From Balanoglossus misakiensis (taxonomy: Eukaryota > Animalia > Hemichordata), in NCBI GenBank assembly GCA_040954595.2, contig CM082576.2, forward strand, positions 11,225,129 through 11,289,128: a DNA stretch of 64,000 bases, read 5' to 3'. The notes under the pieces are model-generated. The model saw only the letters and a list, made by a program, of their open reading frames with translations. It did not search any database and had not been told where the DNA came from. This document shows, piece after piece, positions 1-14,500 of this stretch (positions within the stretch are counted from its first letter, which is position 1; every line of letters begins with the position of its first letter). The translations under genes were made by a program, and so were the position numbers.

Positions 1-3000
1 TTCTTTGATCATTGTTTTTTTTCAGGGCACTAAATTCACCGTTGACTACCTGTTACATTCCAGAAAACAAACAACTTTGTCCATTACTTGTGACATAACC
101 AAATAACTTCTGTCTTTCTTTTTTCTTTGACGCGTTTGTGTCGTTGAGGAGTGTGCCAATTAAGAGCAGCAGATATATACAAGCGGCGGGAAGATGAGTA
201 ACTGAAGGAATTCAGAAGTTGAAGAGATAACAAAAGTGGGAGGGAGCACTCGGCAAGCATCACAGCCGCAATTTGCATCTCAAACAGTAGACAACACAGG
301 GAAAAACAAATTGAAGCCCACCATCTCATCCATATGAATGACCGAGTCCCATCGTACCATGACTACCACACCACAGAATTTCTTTAAACAGGATACTTCA
401 ATCACAATGACTAAGAGTGTCTCTGTAGCTCAGTGTGTGACTGTGTATCGTACGTCATACTGTCTCTCTGTTTGGAAGATGAACAGTATTGTCCCCTAAG
501 ATGGATTCACACTGCTTGGCTGAATTTGTTGAGAAAAAAGTAAACATTTATAAACTTGAAATAATATGACCATGCACTTCAGCTGAACACCTTTTCCAGA
601 TTTGCTCAAAAACAACTTTTGAAACTTTTAGTAAGGCCAAGGTGGAAAAATTGTTTATTTTTCACTTATTTAAAAAAAACTGTAGATGTACATGCAATTC
701 AATGTCATGCTATTTTGGAAGGCCACCCACACATAATCAAGTGATCCAAAGTTAGCCGAGTTTAGACATCTGAAAAGGCCTGCGTGAAGCAGAGATCCAC
801 AAGAGACAATGTGACGGTCAAATTTTTCATGTGGAGTGCACATTTGGAATGTTGCCAGCGTTTAACGGACGCACTAATATGACAAATTGTTCAAGTATCA
901 CCTTACAGTACAAATGACATCACTTAAAAAGTACTGGTTATTTTTAATCTTGATATTTGATCAGGCAACATTTTTTGGGAGGGTTTTTTCCCTTGAATAT
1001 ATTCAACTGATTTCTGGAGTTTGCAAAGGAATAACAAACATCCATTTAAGCTTCCTTTTATAGAACCACCGACAATTTCAATCACCACTATATTATAACC
1101 CTGCAGCAATCTCAGTGACCATGAAAGGACAAAAAATCTCAATCTCTCACCCGATAAACAGAAACGTTGCAAGGGAATTATTGACTGCAGGATATAGCTC
1201 AATGTTAAGTTATGATGCAAGGTCATGCTACATGTACAAGTGTTGTAACTCATGGCTTTGTACTGCTTTCTCACTCACACTTAATCCTTGAGGAAGGAAC
1301 CAAACAAAGTACAAAAATATCTAAAAATACCATCAACCTTGATCATGGCTAAGTTTGACAGTTCTTTATCCAAATACTTATGTGCAGGAAGTGAACTGTG
1401 CTGTACTAATATCCTTGGGCAATCTGACTTTGACAATTTTAATATATAAAATTAGAAACTTGTGAGAAATCGAGAAAATACAAAATAGCAGTAAAAATTT
1501 TTTTCTCATCTCGAAGACTTCTTTATGTCTTCAAATAAGAATACCACTGGCAAAAGAAATTTAAAAATCTGGCATTCCAATTTCATGAGAGTCCACGGGC
1601 AAAAGTGCCTATCCTCAGCATCATCGAATGCACGCCAACTCCATCATCCGTCATGAGTAACGCGACCGTTGGTTCAAATTTCGTCGGTTGGTGAAAAAAC
1701 TAACAAATTGATGGTGACATCAAGTTCCAGTTCATTACACCTATCACTTACAGTAAATCTGATATCCCGATAGTCGAGTCAAGCTCCACTTAATCTGTCC
1801 ATCCGTGCCGCGCTGTGTAACCCCAAAATCAATTCTATATATTTCATGTTATTGGCATTGTCAATCACATAATCTGAACAATGTTGTTTGGGTGTAAGAT
1901 TATAGTGGAGGGTGGGCTAATTACGTTGAAATGTTACCCATCCTAATACTTACACTTATTATTTGTCAACACATTGGAAAAGCAAAATTTGTGATTTACT
2001 TCAAGAGGATTGCTAGTTAATCAGAATTCCCAACAAGGTATTAGGCTTTATTGGGTCAGTGGCATGCATAAGGCTGGACATAGACACAGCCCCGGAAAAC
2101 CCTATTGTGTGTAAATTGCCATTAATAGCGCCACCAAAGCCAAAAATATTGTGTTACTTTTGTTTTCAGAAAAGTTAAACAGTGCAACAAACAAAGGTAT
2201 TGGAGCATTTAGACACCAAAGGCGCTGTCAACAGTTACACCATATACCATACATTCAGGCAAACAACGGTAATCAGTCGCACCTGCAGGAGACCACCAAC
2301 ACAAAATGAAACGAATCAAGTCCAAGGTACAACAGTATTTATTTCTCCATTTGTCACTCACAATGATTTGATGCTATGGTACAATAGATTCGAATTTACT
2401 CAAATGGAAATTCCTGAAGACAAAAAAAAGAAACACCAAGCACCTTGCTGTTGGGAAAATTAAAACCAACTGCTCTATCACATATACATATTTTTGGAGG
2501 GTGGGTCTTGAATAAGATACGAGAAAAAAAAATAACTGAATATTATACAGAAAGCTACATAAATGTGTCCAAGAATGAGATCTGACTTATTGTGGTCCAT
2601 CAATATTCTCTCAGTAGAAATTCCCTTGATCAAGCACTTGGAATAACAGTTCAAAATTCTACACACTTAAAATCTCTGTCTAGCCTGCATATCTTTTCAT
2701 GTCATTATTTCAGTATTTCAAGAGCTGAATTGGCCCATTCAAAATGTAGGTTCGAATGACCGTTCAACCGGCCCCCAGATCACTAATATTCTTCAGAACA
2801 AAAAAACAAAACAAACAAATCTTAGACTCAAAAGAATGCTTCTCGTGTGAAATAAACAAAGTATACACGTGAAAGAAATCAAAGATCTGACATAATCATA
2901 CAAGAATTATCCCTTGGAAGAGATTGACATTTTGGATTGGCAAGGTTTCTAAATATATAAATGAAATCCATTACAGACAAGTTGATTTTTATGAATCTTT

Positions 3001-3772
3001 CTTCCTATTTGTGGAGTTTTATTTGAGTTCAAAGAGAAACCCATTCTCAACTAGTCAGAGCTGTCTGTACAGTCGAGTATTCTCGGGTACACTGGAGTAT
3101 ATCTGTATTCACCTATGCATGTGACAAATAGTTCACTTTGCGCCTTTCAAACAGGAACCTATGTGAATACTCTCTCTCTCTCTCACTCATAGTAATGACA
3201 GGTCCCTCAGATGTAAGATACAGTTTACAGAAGTGTACAAAACATACAAGTACTGAAGATAGTTTAGTGTTTGGTGTCAAATATGCAGAGATTAGCATCA
3301 AACATACTGACATGGGTATACTTTAAGTGGTCATTCTTTTGCTATCCCTTGTTTTGTGAGCAGAACAGTCTGGATACAAAACAAAACCTGATTATACTGC
3401 CTTCACACTGCGTGTGTGCAAGCCAAGAATGTATCAGTACCCACTCCCTGTCCCATAAAATGCAATTTCTATGCATTATTAATTTGCATGCACGAACAGC
3501 AGGTTGATGACAAACGCTGGTGACTTCCCTCTACAAAACCCAGAGATTGACAAGTAAAAAATAATTTCGAAGAAGCGACTGCATCCGGCTCCATGATTTC
3601 TTTCCCCCAAAAAACAATTTACATTTCTTTTATAATTCTCTGTAAATAAAACTGACTTTTTACAATAATACTCCTCCCTGTTTTAATTTCTATTGCCTAA
3701 CTATTTGCCAGCTAGCAAAATACTCGTATAAAACATCCCCCAACCCGGCCCTAGAGTCTGGTTTCCCTTTGT

Positions 3773-6700
3773 TTAGACTTTCACCCCGAGTTTTTCTAAA
3801 ACCTTCGTTCCCTTTTCCTGGTACTCTTCCCGAGACATCCAGAACGTGTCTTTGTCTTTCATGATGTCGGCTAAAACGGCACCACCCAGGAAAACCATGT
3901 GTTTACGCCTTGGGGGATCTTCAATCCTGATTTTGAATTTCTGTAGCGAGATAAAATAACGAACAGTGTCATGAGTGTTTGTCTTTGAGTAATTAATGAA
4001 ATGGGCAGCGAGAGAGAGAGAGACTTTGTACCTTTAATAATTATGTTCATGAATGCCCAATATCCAGTACTTGTAATTCTTCACTTACCGAGAGTTTGTC
4101 TGTGGCCCCTTTGAGCACCCTCTCCAAATACAACTGTTTGATTTCTCTTTCAAGTCTCGACGGCAGCCCTGGATACATAGTCGAACCGCCTGACAGTACG
4201 ATGTGTTTGTAAAAATCCGCCCTGGTGTCTATGTCAGCTGCCTGAATTGTGTTGAACAGCAGTTCGGCCACGCCCACTCCATCCACATTGATTAGATGAG
4301 GTTGGAAGAGTGCCTCTGGCGCTTCGAACCTTTCACCTCCGACCTTGATGACCCTGCCATCTGGTAGCTAGCAGATCAAAAACAGAACGGTATATTGCTC
4401 AACAGGCTATTTGTCCTTAAAATTTAAATTTTTTCACTTGTCACACGCTGGTTATTTTCACCATTAGTCCTTGGAAATCGTGGATCAAAAATGGAGATTG
4501 ATAAAGACATTACTATTATGATGAAATTTGTCTAGTACTCTGAATGCCAATGCTGTATAACTTCTTTGTGAAAAGAAGTGAGCTCTGCTAATGTGACTTG
4601 GCATTAAAAACAGACAACACATAACAAATAAAGCAGCCTTATTTATTTCAATCATCCCATGTGACAGAGGAAGTCCACTTACTGTGTATGACTCCACTAG
4701 AACTGTGGTTTCTAACGACAACTTTTGTTCCTGTTCTATGTCGTACCTGAAATAGACCACAGTCTGGGTTAGAGAATCAAACAGTTTCTGATAAGAAAGG
4801 AACGCTTTAGGCTTTGCCAGGTAGTCAGGCAATCATATCGCGTATACGAACTATGTGCTGCGGTTGCAGTTATGCAGGTGAGTTTTATAACAGGACAAAA
4901 TAAACTGACTTACGCAACATAACAAAGTTTTTCTTTCAGCATTCGAATTGTTTCAAAATCGGCAGAGTGGTTGAATGCGTAACCATGAAGAAGAAGTAAC
5001 TGTGAATGAAAGCAAAAAAGAGTAACATATTAAATCTCCCTCGAAGCATCAGTTAACAGTCAATTTTCTTCTAAGGTAAATATAAATACTTCAAATTCAA
5101 GATTTGAGTGCAACACCACAATGCTAGTACTGTTCAAAATTATGCTGCACATCAGAATTTCATCTTGGGCTGTATTTTGAGCCACAGAGCTGGGTGTTCA
5201 ACAAGTGACGCTACTGTTTCAAGTTTGTCTGTTCAGCACTTCTTAGAGGACAATGGTCGCTTTCTTCATGTCATATCAGAAGACAAAGTCATCATTACAG
5301 ACAAAAGCTCATGATTCACCTTTTGTGAGTTGAAATGAAATTTGGTTTCAAGATTCTACGCTTTCACACTACCAAGGTGTAAAAATGAAGTTTGACAGAA
5401 ACCAAAATTCAATTCTAAGAATATAAAGGCATATACATTCCAAACAGTAAACACATGTAAGGCACCAAGTAAAAAAACAACTAAATGGCAATGTAGACTT
5501 TTTAACTTACTTTTATAAGGTATCTGGTGACATCCCTGCCTGCAATGTCCAGACGTCTTGTAAGATGGGGAAGAGCGAAACCTTCGTAAACCGGACAGAT
5601 GTGAGTGACACCATCCCCTGAATCTATGACAACACCAGTGAGAAGACCTGGAGAGGATGGGTGGAAATTTACAGTCAAAGGATGATGGCACTTTTTTTTA
5701 AATAAACGTTATTGACCTAACTAGCATTCCAGAGATTATTGCCATCTGGCCAGTAGTAAAAAATATCACAAGCCCAATCTCACTTTCAACTAGCCCACCA
5801 GTTAAAAGTCGGCGTTGACGCCAAATACTCTGCTGGTCTGTCAGGCCAATTGGCGTTAAAAAAACTACTAGCTAGATCAGAGATATTACTAGCCCATGAA
5901 CTTGGGTTACTGGATTTGCCCACCCATGTGAATAGTTCTTTAAAACAGTTTGTTCAATTGTCTGTTCAGCACTTCTTAGAGGAATGTATGGTTAAGTTTC
6001 TTCATGAAGTAATCTCAGAAGACAATTCATCATTACAGACAATACAAACTGACGAAACCGTTTTGACTAAAAAATCACTACACAGCTACGCAATGCTCAC
6101 CTTGTGCATACAGTGTAAGTACAGCTTGAACTGCAATGAAACAACCCGCCACTTGGTACTGCTCAAACATCACCTGAAACACACCAGAAATACTACAAAA
6201 TATTAATCTTGAAAAAGGTCAGCCAGTGTACTAATGGCAAATTGAACAATATTGCCCCTTTGATCACAGGACATCAAAAGAAGACTCGCCTCAATCATCT
6301 GCTCTTTATTCTTGGTTGGATTCATTGGAGGTTCTGTAAGTAGTATTTTGCAATTCTTCGGGTCAACATTGAGCTTGGATTCCCCAAATGTGTAATCCCA
6401 GATGTGGATCATATCGTCCCAGTTGCGAACTATTCCATTTTCCATGGGATAGGTCACTTCAAGCATTGAGCGCAGTTGACTCGCTTCATCACCAACCATC
6501 AAATCCTACAGGAACACAAATGCACAGAAATGGTAATGGTTCGTATAGCTGTAAATTTGTTTGCTGAGGTTGTATTCAACTTTCAACAGAACTTTGCAAA
6601 TGATTTACAGTTTGCTATTCAGTGTTGAAGTTCCTCTCTCTCTCAGATCAGCCATTCTAAAGTGAACCAGGAAGTGACCTTACCTTAACTTCAATGTCTC

Positions 6701-7250
6701 CAACTTTTTGAGTTGATCTAAGAATCGGTCGCCCGATCATAGAAGGGAATATGTGGGCTGGGAAGTTGGACCCGGCATATCCACACTTGACAAACTGCAG
6801 AAAAAATCAACAGAATTGATCTCAGAGTTACTCGCACGATTTTCGCCTAGCAGGTGAATGAGGTGGGTGTGGATCGAAAGGCCATTTTCTGTCCACTTCC
6901 TGTTTTGGAAGACGCCCCAAACGAGCTTCCCCTTGGCAAAATTTACTAATTCGCACCAACCATAATGTTCATATTCCACGAATGCTTTCCTGAAAACGTT
7001 CCAGCCAAACATCGCACTTTTGTAGCAAACAGCAGACTACAGAAACTCTTGAATACTCTCAGGCCTATGAGTTAACGTTATGAGAGCTAGATGGCTAACT
7101 TCCTGTATACATTCCATTGACATCGCACAGATCTGCAAGTCTTTGAGATGAAACGATGGATCATCACAATACAAGAATGATCTAAACTAGAAGTATACAT
7201 ACCCCAGTTCCATTATCGCACACTATAACGTTTCTGCCTTGACTATCCAT
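3773..7250 (-). CDS. ACTR2: Actin-related protein 2 (Arp2/3 complex subunit), 9 coding exons, 393 aa
   Basis: Exons 7203-7250, 6684-6794, 6290-6505, 6101-6173, 5511-5647, 4914-4999, 4683-4746, 4089-4367, 3773-3940 splice in frame: [28 protein letters not shown]...[24 protein letters not shown]...[30 protein letters not shown]...EKLGVKV*. Near-identical to animal Arp2. Intron 3 uses a GC donor. Confidence 0.98.
5224..5305 (-). ncRNA. SNORD61: Box C/D snoRNA, U61/SNORD61-like, copy A (ACTR2 intron 5)
   Basis: Minus-strand read: TTTGTCTGT-A-ATGATGA (C box)...CTGA (D')...ATGAAGA (C')...TTGTCCTCTAAGAAGTG-CTGA (D box)-ACAGACAAA. 9-bp terminal stem. Guide is antisense to the conserved 18S motif ACUUCUUAGAGG, and the 3' end matches human U61 as I recall it (TTGTCCTCTAAGAAGTTCTGA). 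Same sense as the host gene. Confidence 0.88.
5717..5935. mobile_element. Possible degenerate non-autonomous DNA transposon remnant in ACTR2 intron 4
   Basis: Repeated (A)CTAGCCC-type subterminal motifs (about 5780, 5789, 5867, 5888), as seen in small hAT-like elements. No intact TIR or TSD found. Confidence 0.3.
5957..6043 (-). ncRNA. SNORD61: Box C/D snoRNA, U61/SNORD61-like, copy B (ACTR2 intron 4)
   Basis: Minus-strand read: ATTGTCTGT-A-ATGATGA-ATTGTCTT-CTGA...ATGAAGA...TTCCTCTAAGAAGTG-CTGA-ACAGACAAT. Extra outer stem 5946-5953/6044-6051. Boxes, guide and stems are conserved with copy A while spacers diverge. Confidence 0.88.
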
Positions 7251-7656
7251 GGCAGATGACATCGGATGGTAGAACTGTGGGTTAAGTTCCACCGGCTCCC
7301 AAGTCTAGATCCGCCCTTTACATTACTCTCCGTCTAGTTAGTGATGCATTTTTAGCAAATGAAAAGTTTTTCGAGGTAGGCAGAATTCATTCCCCCAAAG
7401 CTAAATGAACCATAACGATATTATTTACCCTGAACTAAGGCATTTTTAACATTTATTTCCAGCAACGAATACTTTTTAACAATTTATAATATTTTCACCG
7501 ACGAATTTTGGACTATTATCGTCAACGGCTACACTTCCCCGGCCTTGTCACCGACGGCTGAGCAAAATGGTTTCTGATTGAACTACAACTATAACTTCCG
7601 CAAACATTAAGCCAATCATAACATTCGTAATATATGTGACGAGAGCTGCACATAAG
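7251..7656. promoter_or_regulatory. Bidirectional promoter ACTR2/NENF
   Basis: Divergent ATGs 406 bp apart. CCGCCC (7311), AAAATGG YY1-like (7564), ACTTCCG ETS (7594), GCCAATC CCAAT box (7611); CpG-enriched. Confidence 0.75.
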
Positions 7657-8997
<1,341 letters not shown>

Positions 8998-11540
8998 AAC
9001 TTCGGCGTGATGCTTGTGGAAAATGACGATGGTATCATCCCCTTATCTCTTATGACAAATGGAGTGTTTTCATGTGTGAAATGTGAACAAAATCAACATT
9101 ATAGGAATTCTCTTTGTAAATTTTGAAATGTCAAAACAGATATGGATATATTTTTGAAAATCAGTGGTAGGACTCAAGCAGAGGTAAATCAATGCAACAA
9201 ATTGAACGTCTGTGTAACATAACAAATTTGGTATGTTCAAGTCATTACTATTTTGGAAAAGATCAACTCATGAAAATCAGTTTAGATTAAACCAATTTTT
9301 TCCAGTAAAATATAGTTCCTGAGATATGTGAGATACTTTTTTTTAATTTCAAAAGACTATGGATGAAGTTGAAGCACTGAAAGAAAAATCTCTCGTAGGT
9401 TTCAACTTTTAATCTATTATAAATGAAACTAAACTTACCAGTATGCAAGTTTTGTAAAAACAAACAAACAAACAAACAAACATTTAACATGTTGATTATT
9501 TCATATTTTGTACTAGTGGGTATTTTTATAACTATTCCTTCAAAAATTTGGAATAAAACATGTAATAATAATGTGTCATTTAAACTTCAGTAATACAAAT
9601 AAATAAAAATATAAACTACACTTTTTGTGTGCTGCTGTCCGTTTGTGAAAGCTTGAACATCAATGCAAAGAAAGATTGAAACTTAGCTACGTGCTGTTAT
9701 GAAGTAAATTTCAAATGCAATATCCCAACCAATGCTTGTATAAACTCTTTGTTCCTGTGCATTATGTTAAGAATCGGTGTAGGCCTAGATCAAAGCAGTC
9801 ACACAACAGATCAGATCTGTAGTTTGAAATGCTAGTACAATAACAGGTGTCCTTCAGCTCATCGCCCACATGGACACTGTGGGTGGAATGGATTATAAGA
9901 ATGGAGGGATGGTTCGTAGAAAGAAAGACTACAAGTGATGCTTGGGCTAATCCACCTTAAAAGAAAACATATAAACATCCATGTTACTTTTTTGCTAAAA
10001 TTCATTTGAATTTCCATCATAATTTGAAAAAAAATTGTTGTCTTCAGGAAGAACCAAATGCCCGAGACTTCTTGTAACATGTTGCGAGAGGTGATGAAAT
10101 GGAAAGAAAGTGAAAAGTGGGACGATGAAACTTGTGGGTGGTTGCTGACTGGAGTAAAACGCCCAACCACTCACTGGAGTATTCCATTGAAAGTGCAGGG
10201 AGGTTTGGAAAGTTCTATTTTTCAAGGTAAAAGGTAAGTGCTATACAAGGACAATAAAAGATTGCCAGGATAAAAACATACAGAGTGCCAAAACAGGAAT
10301 TATTTTCATTGTTCAACATCTACTGCTTTCATGTTTGGAAGAATAAACCTCTCTCATCATTTCAGTTGTATGAAATAATGGGTAAACCATCCACTCTGTG
10401 GGCCATCACCAAATTAACAAGATGGGGGGTGGGTACAGTCATAATCAGTCTTTGCAGTACACACTCCTTCACATTCACATGCTCACACACACATATACAT
10501 TATTCATAACAATGGCGATCGGGAGAGCAGCAGGCCTGCGAGTGCGCTTTCAGTTTTTAAATGTCAATAAGCGGGAACGGAGGCGTTTTTCTCGAAACTA
10601 AATGTCAGCGTCTGAGAAGTGGCGACCACTAGGACAAAAGCAAGAGTCACTTGTCAGATCCTTTACACTGTAAATGTCACCAGTTCCTGCTGGCTGCAAA
10701 TACTTGCACTTCAGAATGTCATCGTTGTTTACAAGCACCGTTTTGTGGTGTCAGAAGTAGGGCAACAGTGTCAGAGAAGGGGTTTCATGTTGACAGAAAC
10801 TGCCACATGTAGGTTAGTGTGCAAGTTTCACGTGTTGTCTGGTGCGCGGGGGTGCCATTCAGTCTGTAGTAAACAAAAGATCGGTTGTCACGACTGTATA
10901 ATACGGTTAGTGCGCCCTCAAACTGATGGTGCATTTTGGCTTGCAAAATCTTATATACTGTCATTACCAGTAGTTTAAAGAAAATAAGTACCAGTTAAAA
11001 AATCTGAATTTCCTCCATACTTTTTCCCAATCTACCTTGTTTATTCATTCAAACAAAGGGGTGGGTATCAGCATATACAAGCTATCCACCTATGAACAGA
11101 GGACTCGGTGTACACTGCAGTCATTGCAGAGAGAAAAAAAAAATATATGTGTTTTATTTGCAAAATTACACACTTAGAACTGAATTGTAAACACTTAATG
11201 AACAAGGGGCAGTGACAACATTTTTATAATGAATTGAACATACCATACTTCAATTCCAACTCCCTCCCCAAACTTTATTTCTGCAAATCATTGACAAAAT
11301 AGACAAAAATGAAACAGCCCAATTTCAATACTGTTTAAATTGAGCTTTCAGAGTAATTTGTTTGAATTACTATTGTCACTCAATGGTGTGGATTTTTGTA
11401 CTTTTGCATTTGTTCATTATGCAGTAAACAAAGACTTGCATGTAAAACAATGAAGTTGAGAAACTTGGCAGTGTTTTTCGGACTGTAGTGTTCAACTGTG
11501 AGTCGTGTTGACCTACAAAATAAGGTACAGTAACACTGTA

Positions 11541-14500
11541 TCACTTGTCTGCACTTTGGGCAGCGCTCGATTCTCGCCCTCTAATTAGCTTCTTTGCTGG
11601 AGTCATGACAGCACTGTTGAAACAAGACAAAAAATGTAGTATTAGTGGCAGATCTTAGCGTGGTTGTAGATAGGAAGGAGCCAGTGATGATATGATGCAA
11701 AAAACACCCCCTACTTTGGGCAACACAGCCTAGTCTGTACATTGTGGTAGTCTGGAATTATCATCTATGCCTTCTGTGGATTTTTGATCACATGACAAGT
11801 CTAGCCTAGACACCCCCAGGATACCGTCACAATCACGTCTAATTTACATATGCCCATGTATGGTTAAAGGGTGGATTAATTAACTTGCGCTTGGCACTCA
11901 CTTCCAAACACTCCTAAGTAGCCCCGTCTGTTCGTGGACGGTGGGCTGTTGTTCTGTGACACTACTGTTCTGTCCAGAGGGCCTTGCTAGTTGCTGCAAT
12001 CTCATCAGTTCTTGCAGCTGGTTCTGTTGAATGGTGTCTCTATCTGGCTGCCGTCGACCGACCAGTGCAATGCCACCTTCAAAGGGGAACAAAAAATCTT
12101 GAAATGTATGTACGTATGTAGTATGTGTATGTGTGTGTATACGTATGTATTTAGTTTCAATTCATTTCAACCTACTCACCCTCGGGCTCTGCAGGCATGG
12201 ACCCTTCTGCTTCTGTACCCACTTCAGGTGATCTGTCAGCTTGTTTTGCCTCTTTTTCCTGGTGGTAGAAGAGACTCTTCAATTTTTATTCGTATAAACA
12301 ATATATTTAGGGTTGACATATGAACATCTTTGTAATATAAGGAGATGCAAATAAACAGCTCAGTAGATATACCCAGAATTCAGTTGATTGAAAAAAACAT
12401 TTCAAGGTCTGAGTAGCATCACTTTGGGTCTGGGCAGCCAAGATCAAATCTGTACAGGATATAAGGATGTAGCCATTTGAACTCTGACCCTCCAATGACC
12501 TGTGACATCATGCAGAGATTTATCCCAAAGATGGGTAAAGCGCTATAAAAGGCTTATAAACACATTACCCCAATTCTTGCATTGCTTCTTAATCTTCTTG
12601 TTGGTGGTCTCTTGTCACTTTCTGCCGCACCAGAATCTTCATTACTTCGCGTCTTCTTTCTCAGTGCATGCTGTTTGGTTGGAACATGTGTCCTCTTCCT
12701 CATTGGCTCTAAACTGCTGATGAGAGAAAATTGTCACTCAAACATTGTTGAAATGACTCTACTCCAGATACACTCAAGACATGTACATGGAAAATAAAAA
12801 TAAATTACCCTTTTCCTTTCATGAAAATGGAAAAGATAACATAAAACTGCAGTCGGCAATCAGATGAAATCAAATACATGACATGTACATGTACATGTAT
12901 GAAGTCTGGAAATCAATCTGGGAACATACTTTTCATTATTTTCAGACGACACTTCATTGGTTGTGGATGTTTCAGCGGCTACATCATTCACCGATGGTAC
13001 AGACACCAGACTTCCCTGAATTTGGAAAAAAAATTGAAAATAATCTAGAGTGATGTTCTTAACCGGAGATGCTTGACATTAGAAAGACTGTTGAACTCAA
13101 TATTCCAGAATCAGTTCACCGGGCAGATGTGCATTATTTATTGGGGATGGTCAGAGAGATACACGACACAAGCATACATTTTACACCCACACGGACATTG
13201 GTATACACACCCACTCGGACCTGCCTTAGGCTGGGAAAACAAGCTCTGATGAAATACATGTAAAGCTTATAAGCTGTAACATTATAATGTGACTTGGATA
13301 TATTACAGCATATTGCAGTAATTAAAAAAAATATGATTTCAAGTGATATTTTCTGTGTATTTCATAAGTTTCATGTTGAGTATTACGTGGATTCACATCC
13401 TCCTTTAAAAGTTTAATTAATAATATCAACACACACATGCCATTCCAGAGAAATATGTTTTGTTCAGATATTACCTGATTTGTTTCATTCTCACTTCTTC
13501 CTTCTGAAATATAATTAAATACTGAATTATATAGTCATCTCTACACATGAATTATTACTGGGCAGTCAATTTTCCAAACAACTTCACTGCTGCAATATGG
13601 GGAGATTAATACATTCTGACTGTACCAGCAATTTCAGATAATGTTGCAGAAAACTTGATGCTGGCGGATTAAAAGTTGATAATTACTGTACAGTGCAGGC
13701 AATGCCAATGACCACACATATCTATAAAGTTGCCTACATTTTCCAACTGTTTTTGTATGCACTGAACCAGAGATAACCCTAATCCTTGCACTTACCTGGT
13801 AATGGCATATCATTATCAATTAAATAAATATTGAACACGTTTTGGGAAATCCTTAATTTCTTCCCTTTCTCCAGGAATTCCAGTTTACGGGCTTTTGTCC
13901 ACCGTTCTTTGTCTGGTATGATGCAGCTAGTCAAAGGTACATATGTTCAAACCTGACAAAGTTGCTTGCTGATAACACTAACCTTACATGGGTCATTGTT
14001 TTCATTTTGAAATGAAACATTTCTTAAAAGCTAGAATATCCAAACAATGGCAGATAATCCAACACTGAACAGACAGTTTGTTGTTGCTATTAGTTTGCAA
14101 AATAAATTGACTTGCATATATACATCATGACACATTGTTCTTGTACCAAACCTTGATGGAGACTTGGTGTATATTACACCAGGTTTTGTGGAATAGACCG
14201 AGAGATCTGATATTCACAGTCACGGTAAAGGATACATGGGAATGCAACAAAATGGTCTGTCTTCATGGGTTGAAAGTACTGGTGACCAGGATTGTTGAAA
14301 ATAACTCTCATGATTTGCTGCAGAGACAAAGATAAAAATAGCATCAAGGACATTGTGCTCCCATTTGATCACAATCGTCAACTTCAGTGTGACATTCTCA
14401 TACATATGTTTATCAGTTCCAGTTGATTCATGCTTATCGATCAGACATAAAGCCTTTCTGAAAGCTTGCGAACCACCTTAACCACCCAGCATGGTACAAT

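Noticed and set aside
1-3772. Short ORFs and repeat-like fragments downstream of ACTR2
   Set aside because: No recognisable protein or consistent splice chain; probably 3' UTR or intergenic DNA with old repeat debris whose ends I could not define.
5108-6206. Similar plus-strand peptides (LSVQHFLE…HVISED) suggesting duplicated small proteins
   Set aside because: Explained by the antisense reading of the two snoRNA copies.
9800-10980. Slightly GC-richer segment with ORFs between NENF and MAJIN
   Set aside because: No homology, exon chain or RNA motif that I can support.
12373-12499. Extra MAJIN exon between 12569 and 12258
   Set aside because: An acceptor-like CACAG exists, but the required phase hits a stop; skipping it keeps the frame open.
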